A stretch of DNA of 20,000 nucleotides from Deltaproteobacteria bacterium (lineage in GTDB: Bacteria; Myxococcota; JACRCW01). This document shows, piece after piece, positions 14,869 to 20,000 of the stretch. The notes under the pieces are model-generated. The model ran no database searches. It saw only the letters and a program-made list of their open reading frames with translations, and was not told the origin of the DNA. The stretch is from NCBI GenBank assembly GCA_016218805.1, contig JACRCW010000044.1, positions 59,437 to 79,436 of the forward strand. Reading direction: 5' to 3'. Both the position numbers and the translations under genes were made by a program. Numbering within the stretch: position 1 is the stretch's first letter; each line of letters starts with the position of its first letter.

Positions 14869-15094
14869 GTTGACCTCCGCGCTGTCCGGGGCGGCGCCTT
14901 CCCTCCCGCACGCGCGAATTGCAAGCATTGATTTGCGCATCAATTCGCCGCGATTGGCAGAACGTGCGGGCGGACGCTGGCCGCGCTGGGAACGTGGCTG
15001 GAATACAGCGTGTTTCGCCTGGGCGCCGCGGACATCCGTCAAGGGGATGACACGGTTGCAGGCGGGGCCGGGAACGCCCGCTATCGGTGCCGGG

Positions 15095-16267
15095 TCACTG
15101 TGGCCTGCCCCGTTCGGTGGGCTTGCGGGGGCCGGGGGTACTCGCCATGGTCAGCGTGGGATCAAACGGACCCGGCATGGGCATTTCCGGGGGTTTCTCC
15201 TCCGCTTCCGCGGGCGGCGGCGTGGCCGGGATGTCAACCACGGTGTCCCGGACAACGGGGGACGGCACGCGGCGGACGGCCGCCAGCGGAGGCATGGCCT
15301 GCGCTCCCGGGACCGCCACCGCCGTGGCCAACCGCGCCCGCGGACCCGTGTATTCCGGGAGATCCTCCAGCAGGTCCAGGAGCCGAGTCGCGTCCGCGGG
15401 GCGGTCCGCAGGGTTGATGGCCATCAGCCGCTGCACCATGCGGTCAAGTGCCGGGCTTGCCGGGCTGCCGGGCAGGGAGGCCCGCACCGACGGACGCGGT
15501 GCCTGCATGTGCTGCAAGGCGACCTCGATGGGGCTGGAACCGTCAAAGGGCACGCGGCCAACCAGCATTTCAAAGGCAATCACGCCCAGCGCGTACAGGT
15601 CGCTGCGGGGGTCCACCTTCTCGCCGTTGACGTGCTCCGGGCTGGCGTACAGCGGGACGGCGCGGATGGCGTTGTGGGATGCCAGGGCCCGCGTCCGCCG
15701 CTCCGGTCCCGGCGCGCCACTGGAGGACCTTGAACGGCGGTCGCCGTGCAACAGGCGCGTCAGGCCAAAATCAAGCAGTTTCACAAAATCCCGTTCCCCG
15801 CCGACGGGCACCAGCATGATGCACTCCGGCTTGAGGTCCCGGTGCAGCACCCCCTGGCGGTGCGCCGCGGCCAACGCGCGCGTCACGTACATCATGATGC
15901 GGACTGCGCGGCTCGGACTCAGCGGTGCCTCACGGCGGATCACGTCGTGGAGCGAATACCCGTCCAGGAACTCCATGGCCACGTATTCCCGGCCATCCTC
16001 CGCGCCCAGGTCAAAGATGGAGACGATATTGGGGTGGTTGAGACGGCTGATGACGCGTGCCTCCTGCTCAAACCGCGAGCACGCTTCAGGATCACGGCTC
16101 AGCTCGCGCGCCAGCACCTTGATGGCCACGCGGCGACCCAGCGGCGGCTGTTGCGCCGCATAGACCGTTGCCAACCCGCCGGAGGCCACCCGCGCCACCA
16201 CGTCATAACGGCCCGCCAGGCGGTGACCGACCAACGGGTCCGGCACGGGTGTTCGCGACAGCTCCAT
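15095..16267 (-). CDS. Cytoplasmic Ser/Thr kinase-like protein, possibly a pseudokinase
   Basis: GRY, SGGLATVY, VAIK, HPNIV, HRDLKPEC, DFG, YASPE and SDLYALG, with a Pro-rich tail and no TM. GAGGTG precedes ATG 16267. Confidence 0.88.
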   Translation of the reverse strand: MELSRTPVPDPLVGHRLAGRYDVVARVASGGLATVYAAQQPPLGRRVAIKVLARELSRDPEACSRFEQEARVISRLNHPNIVSIFDLGAEDGREYVAMEFLDGYSLHDVIRREAPLSPSRAVRIMMYVTRALAAAHRQGVLHRDLKPECIMLVPVGGERDFVKLLDFGLTRLLHGDRRSRSSSGAPGPERRTRALASHNAIRAVPLYASPEHVNGEKVDPRSDLYALGVIAFEMLVGRVPFDGSSPIEVALQHMQAPRPSVRASLPGSPASPALDRMVQRLMAINPADRPADATRLLDLLEDLPEYTGPRARLATAVAVPGAQAMPPLAAVRRVPSPVVRDTVVDIPATPPPAEAEEKPPEMPMPGPFDPTLTMASTPGPRKPTERGRPQ

Positions 16268-16477
16268 CACCACCTCGCCCGCAGGAACCCGCGGCAACTG
16301 CGGCGCCTGCTCGCCGGGGATGGGCCGGGATGTAACGGAGCCGGAACGCCGGAACATGCGGCCCCAACCGCCCGAACTCCGTCGAGCAGCCCCAACCGGC
16401 GGCTCACTGGTGTGCAAGGCACGCGCCGCCGGATACCTCCCTGGCGTGTTGGCCCCGGCAATGCACAATGGTCGGCA

Positions 16478-17167
16478 ATGCGAACCACGTTCCTCGCGAG
16501 TGTTGCTCTGCTGGTGGCCTGCGACGGGCACAACGGTGACGCCGCTCCCGACGACGGCACCTGGGACATTGACGTCCGCGGTGTGCCGACGTTCATGGAC
16601 GCGAGCTACGTGGAACTGGACAAGATCCACCGGGTGTCCCGCTTCCGCTCCGGGATTGGGCACGACTACTCTGACAGTTTCGAGCACTGCCGCAGCATGA
16701 AGCACTATTTCGAGCCCAAGGCGGAGCTTGACTGGTCAACCGTGGGCGTCGCCTCGCCGGTCACCGGGGAGGTCACCCGCGTGGAGCCGGAATGGGCGGG
16801 AACCAAGGTGGAGATCCAATCCGCGGCGTTTCCCGCGTTCCGCGTGGTCATCTTCCACGTGCAGCTGTCGTCGGCGCTTGCGGTGGGGCACACGCTGCAG
16901 GCGGGGCAGGCCCTGGGCCACCACGTCGGCGCGCAGACGGCCTCGGACATTGCCGTCCTGGTGAATGACCCCACGCGGCAGGGTCGCTTCGTTTCCTACT
17001 TTGAGACGCTTGGGGACGCCGTCTTTGGCCAGTTTGCGGCGCGCGGTGTGGCAAGCCGTCAGGACGCCATCATCAGCGCTGCGGAGCGTGACGCTGATCC
17101 GCTCACGTGCACCGGTGACGCGTTTGCTGATCCCGGGACTGTTCCAAACTGGATCATCCTGGATTGA
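16478..17167 (+). CDS. Lipoprotein with a probable M23/LytM-like (duplicated hybrid) fold
   Basis: Lipobox LLVAC. VASPVTGEVTRV, VIFHV and AVGHTLQAGQALG recall the M23 scaffold, but the canonical zinc motifs are not evident. Confidence 0.72.
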   Translation: MRTTFLASVALLVACDGHNGDAAPDDGTWDIDVRGVPTFMDASYVELDKIHRVSRFRSGIGHDYSDSFEHCRSMKHYFEPKAELDWSTVGVASPVTGEVTRVEPEWAGTKVEIQSAAFPAFRVVIFHVQLSSALAVGHTLQAGQALGHHVGAQTASDIAVLVNDPTRQGRFVSYFETLGDAVFGQFAARGVASRQDAIISAAERDADPLTCTGDAFADPGTVPNWIILD

Positions 17168-17331
17168 TCGCCCCGCGTTTTCGCCCCATTTCCCGGCCGC
17201 ACTTCAACTGCGGCGCGGCCGACGACGCGGCGGGTCCGCGGAGCGGCCCATGGACCGCAGCGGAGGATTGCCTAGATTGGGCTGCGGGGAGTGACAGCAT
17301 TCGCTAAGGCGAGCACAAGGAGGGGTGAGCC

Positions 17332-17886
17332 ATGCTTGGCGTCGCAATGAAGATGAAGCGGCGCGTCCGGGTGACCACCCCGGTGGAAGTCAGGGTGAGC
17401 CGCGAAGAAGTCCTGCCGGCGGAGACTGAGAACGTTTCGCTGGGCGGCGTGTTTGTGAAAAGCCGCGTGACGCTGCCGGAAGGAACGCACGTGCTGCTGC
17501 GTTTGCATACGCCGCACGGGCGGATCACCACGGGCGCGCGCGTTGTCCACGCGGTGGATTCACGCGAGGCCATGGCCACCTCACGCGCGCCGGGGATGGG
17601 CCTGTCCATGGCGTCCCTGTCCCCCTACGCCCAGAGCGTGCTGGAGCGCCTGCTGGATGAACATGATGCCACCCCGCGTGACCCGTGGGGCCGCCCGGCG
17701 CGCATCCTGCGCTCCGCCCTGCAGTGGTTTGTGTCAGGCGCCGCCACGGCGGACGTGGAGACCACTGACGAAGAGCCCTGGTACCACCGGGCCGCGGCCG
17801 CCCAGGGCCCCCACCCGCCCGACAAGCCCCCTGAACCGCCCCCCGCAGCAAAACCCGGCTCATCCGGGCGGTCATCAGATTTCTGA
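17332..17886 (+). CDS. PilZ-domain protein
   Basis: AAGGAGG RBS, then KRRVR, ENVSLGGVFV (D/NxSxxG), ARVVH and PGMGL, followed by a low-complexity tail. Confidence 0.85.
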   Translation: MLGVAMKMKRRVRVTTPVEVRVSREEVLPAETENVSLGGVFVKSRVTLPEGTHVLLRLHTPHGRITTGARVVHAVDSREAMATSRAPGMGLSMASLSPYAQSVLERLLDEHDATPRDPWGRPARILRSALQWFVSGAATADVETTDEEPWYHRAAAAQGPHPPDKPPEPPPAAKPGSSGRSSDF

Positions 17887-17972
17887 GCCGCCAGGGCGCT
17901 GTAAAGCATTGAAATGCCTTGTGGCCCGTTGATTGCGTGCACCCGCGCGCCCGGTCCGGGCTTGAGGCGTCC

Positions 17973-19628
17973 ATGCGCGCGTGCGGTCTTGTCGTGTTGG
18001 GCCTGTTCCTCCCGCTTGCCTGCGTGGACCAGCATCCAGGCGTGGGGGCTGATGCTGACGCCTCCGCCTCCTCCACCGGGCAGCCGCCGCCGGACGCGGA
18101 CCTGTGCGCGCTGCTCGCGCGTGACAACACCGCCAACGCCATTCACTCGGTGCGCGCATTCGCCGCCGAGCACGCCGCATCGCTTGTACAGGTCCGTGCG
18201 GATGCGCCGCGGCGCATTGGTGAATTGCACTTTGCCGACGTCACGGTGGAGACGGTGCTCTACGGGTGGGGCTTTCTGGCCGGCATCCGCGCCACCGTGG
18301 CGCTGGAGCCCGCGCAGGCGGCGCTGGTGACGGCGGGGTCCCGGTGGGTGGTGGCGCTCAGCGACGCGCGCGCCGTGACCTGGGACCAAACCGCGTTGCC
18401 CACCTGGGGGAACATCACCGCGCTGATTCCCGCCGACGAGCAGTCCGCGTACGCGGACAGCCTTGCGTGGCGGCCGCGCGCGCTGGTGGCGGTGGTGCGC
18501 ATTGTGGCGCGGGATGAATACCGGGTGACGTTTGACGTGGTGGACGTGCTCCGCGGGACGTTCCCCGGCCGCTTCAGTGACAACTGGCTGGCGTCATGGC
18601 GGCTGCCGTATCCGGATCCCTCCGCGGCCACGTACATCCTCAGCACCGACGGACTGGGGACCGCTCCCGGTGACGTGGTGCTTGGCAGCGTCATGGACCT
18701 GCGTCCGGCCACGGAGGCCGCGCTGGCCATGGTCCGTGCGGCCCTGGCCCAGGCGCCCGCGGATGCGCGCGCAGAGCTCCGCGCGCGGCGGGACGCGTGG
18801 CTGACGGGCTACCGGTTCCACTCCGCGCCCGTTGTGGTTGGGGCCACGGTGACCGGGCGGGCGGAGGAATGCTGCACCAACGCCGGGGGAACCTACGTTG
18901 CCCACCAGGTTTCCAGCGTCATGCGCGGAGGCGCGGCGGAATTGGCGGGTTTTGTCACGGGCGGCCACGCCTATTACGGCGGTGAGCAATGCGGGGATAG
19001 CGCGCTTTTTGGACTGCGCGCGCTGCTGCCGCAGGGTGTAAACGCGCTGTCTGCCGGGTTTGATTGTCTTACCGGTGGTGGCATGGACCCGGCTCCGGGT
19101 CAGAACCTCGTTTCGCCGGTGGAGGTGGTGCTTGCCGGCACCCCGGAGAACCGCACGCGCGTGGCAGCGTGGGTGGCGTCGTCGCCGCCGGTGTATCGCC
19201 TGCACGCGCCGGACACGCCGCTGGCGGAGGGTGACCTGGAACAGAATCCCGCCGCAGCACCGTGGTCCACGCCCGTGGACGCGGCGCACGCGTACATGTC
19301 CGGCACCTACGCCGCGCGGTTCCGCGTGGTGAGCGCCACCCGCCTTGGCTCTGCGTGGCGCACCCGCATTTCCACAACGTTGACGCTGTATGAGTACGCC
19401 CATCTGGCGCGGCGCGAATTCGACCTGTTCTTTGCGTGTGGCGAACCCGCGCTGCAGCAGCCCGGTTCCCGCTGGGTGGGCGCGTTTGAAATGCTGGACC
19501 CACCGTCCTGGGACCCCGCGCAGACGCCGGCGGTGACCCGCGGTTTCCTGGTCCCCGGCAGCATCCTGCCTGAACACGCAATGACCGCGCAGCTGGAGAG
19601 CGACCTCGCTCGCTACCTGCAACCGTAG
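17973..19628 (+). CDS. Hypothetical lipoprotein with about four divergent internal beta-rich repeats
   Basis: GAGG RBS and lipobox LPLAC. Recurrent elements include VETVLYG / VVDVLRG / VSSVMRG and GSRWV twice. Confidence 0.8.
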   Translation: MRACGLVVLGLFLPLACVDQHPGVGADADASASSTGQPPPDADLCALLARDNTANAIHSVRAFAAEHAASLVQVRADAPRRIGELHFADVTVETVLYGWGFLAGIRATVALEPAQAALVTAGSRWVVALSDARAVTWDQTALPTWGNITALIPADEQSAYADSLAWRPRALVAVVRIVARDEYRVTFDVVDVLRGTFPGRFSDNWLASWRLPYPDPSAATYILSTDGLGTAPGDVVLGSVMDLRPATEAALAMVRAALAQAPADARAELRARRDAWLTGYRFHSAPVVVGATVTGRAEECCTNAGGTYVAHQVSSVMRGGAAELAGFVTGGHAYYGGEQCGDSALFGLRALLPQGVNALSAGFDCLTGGGMDPAPGQNLVSPVEVVLAGTPENRTRVAAWVASSPPVYRLHAPDTPLAEGDLEQNPAAAPWSTPVDAAHAYMSGTYAARFRVVSATRLGSAWRTRISTTLTLYEYAHLARREFDLFFACGEPALQQPGSRWVGAFEMLDPPSWDPAQTPAVTRGFLVPGSILPEHAMTAQLESDLARYLQP

Positions 19629-19741
19629 GCCGCACCCCGTGTCCGGGATGGCCGCGCCGTCGGGGATTGCCCGCGGGGGCCAATTTCGGCAGGGTCCCGC
19701 ACACGGCAGGGACGGGACGCGGAATCCCAGGAGAACCAGGC

Positions 19742-19882
19742 ATGGCCAGGCTCAGCTTGCGCAGCGTCGGCGACAAAGCGGACAACAAGGAGCATGTCGT
19801 GGAAGCCGGCGGCGCCACGCTGGGGCGGGACGCCAAGGAATCGGACATTGTGTTGGCGGATATTGATAGGTCCGTAGTTTAG
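19742..19882 (+). pseudogene. N-terminal fragment of an FHA-domain protein interrupted by an IS
   Basis: AGGAG RBS. MARLSLRSV-...-ATLGRDAKESDIVLAD matches the first half of an FHA domain. The frame then enters AT-richer sequence at 19861 and stops before the SxxH motif. Confidence 0.7.
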
Positions 19883-20000
19883 GCTACACAATTGCGAACA
19901 ATCGTGCTATGAGTTTGTCATGGCCAAACGCGATGGGCGGACGTTGTCGCACGAGGTGTCTGAGGAAATTCGGCGGCTTGCAGTGGAGCGCGTGTTTGCA
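19861..20000 (+). mobile_element. Left end of an IS630-family insertion sequence (partial)
   Basis: Abrupt drop in GC starting at a TA dinucleotide (19861-19862, the IS630 target), followed by a transposase-like start at 19920. The right end is outside the window. Confidence 0.7.
19920..20000 (+). CDS. IS630-family transposase, N-terminus (MAKRDGRTLSHEVSEEIRRLAVERVFA...)
   Basis: DGRxLsH-...-EEIR-xx-AV-xx-V is typical of IS630 N-terminal HTH regions. Only 27 codons are visible. Confidence 0.72.
   Translation, partial: MAKRDGRTLSHEVSEEIRRLAVERVFA

Noticed and set aside
14928..14943. Canonical FNR box
   Set aside because: The spacer is 6 nt rather than the required 4, so it is kept only as an unassigned palindrome.
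15746..16705. Overlapping long versions of the kinase (536 aa) and lipoprotein (473 aa)
   Set aside because: They overlap each other in antisense. Domain and signal-peptide boundaries support starts at 16267 and 16478.
1..20000. CRISPR array, tRNA or rRNA genes
   Set aside because: No regularly spaced direct repeats or recognisable structural RNA signatures were seen by eye. A covariance-model search was not possible.

Overview
GC-rich bacterial window, probably Myxococcota or a relative (inferred from a PEGA-type Ser/Thr kinase with HRDVSPQN, PilZ and FHA genes, DAG-rich lipoproteins and a VegA-like zinc-finger protein). Left to right it holds a RAYT transposase flanked by an inverted REP pair; a double zinc-finger protein, GmhA-like SIS protein and TPR protein; a minus-strand cassette of a 33-aa Cys-rich peptide, EamA transporter and divergent GMC oxidoreductase; a kinase, amidohydrolase and Gly-rich membrane protein; a hemerythrin-like gene preceded by three NorR-like boxes and a sigma54-like promoter; a hypothetical protein; a lone nucleotidyltransferase; a metallophosphoesterase lipoprotein; a probable pseudokinase; an M23-fold-like lipoprotein; a PilZ protein; a repeat-containing lipoprotein; and an FHA gene apparently cut by an IS630-like element at the right edge. 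The best candidate for an undescribed system is the peptide-EamA-GMC cassette (2927-5454). All calls come from reading motifs by eye; no database search was run.
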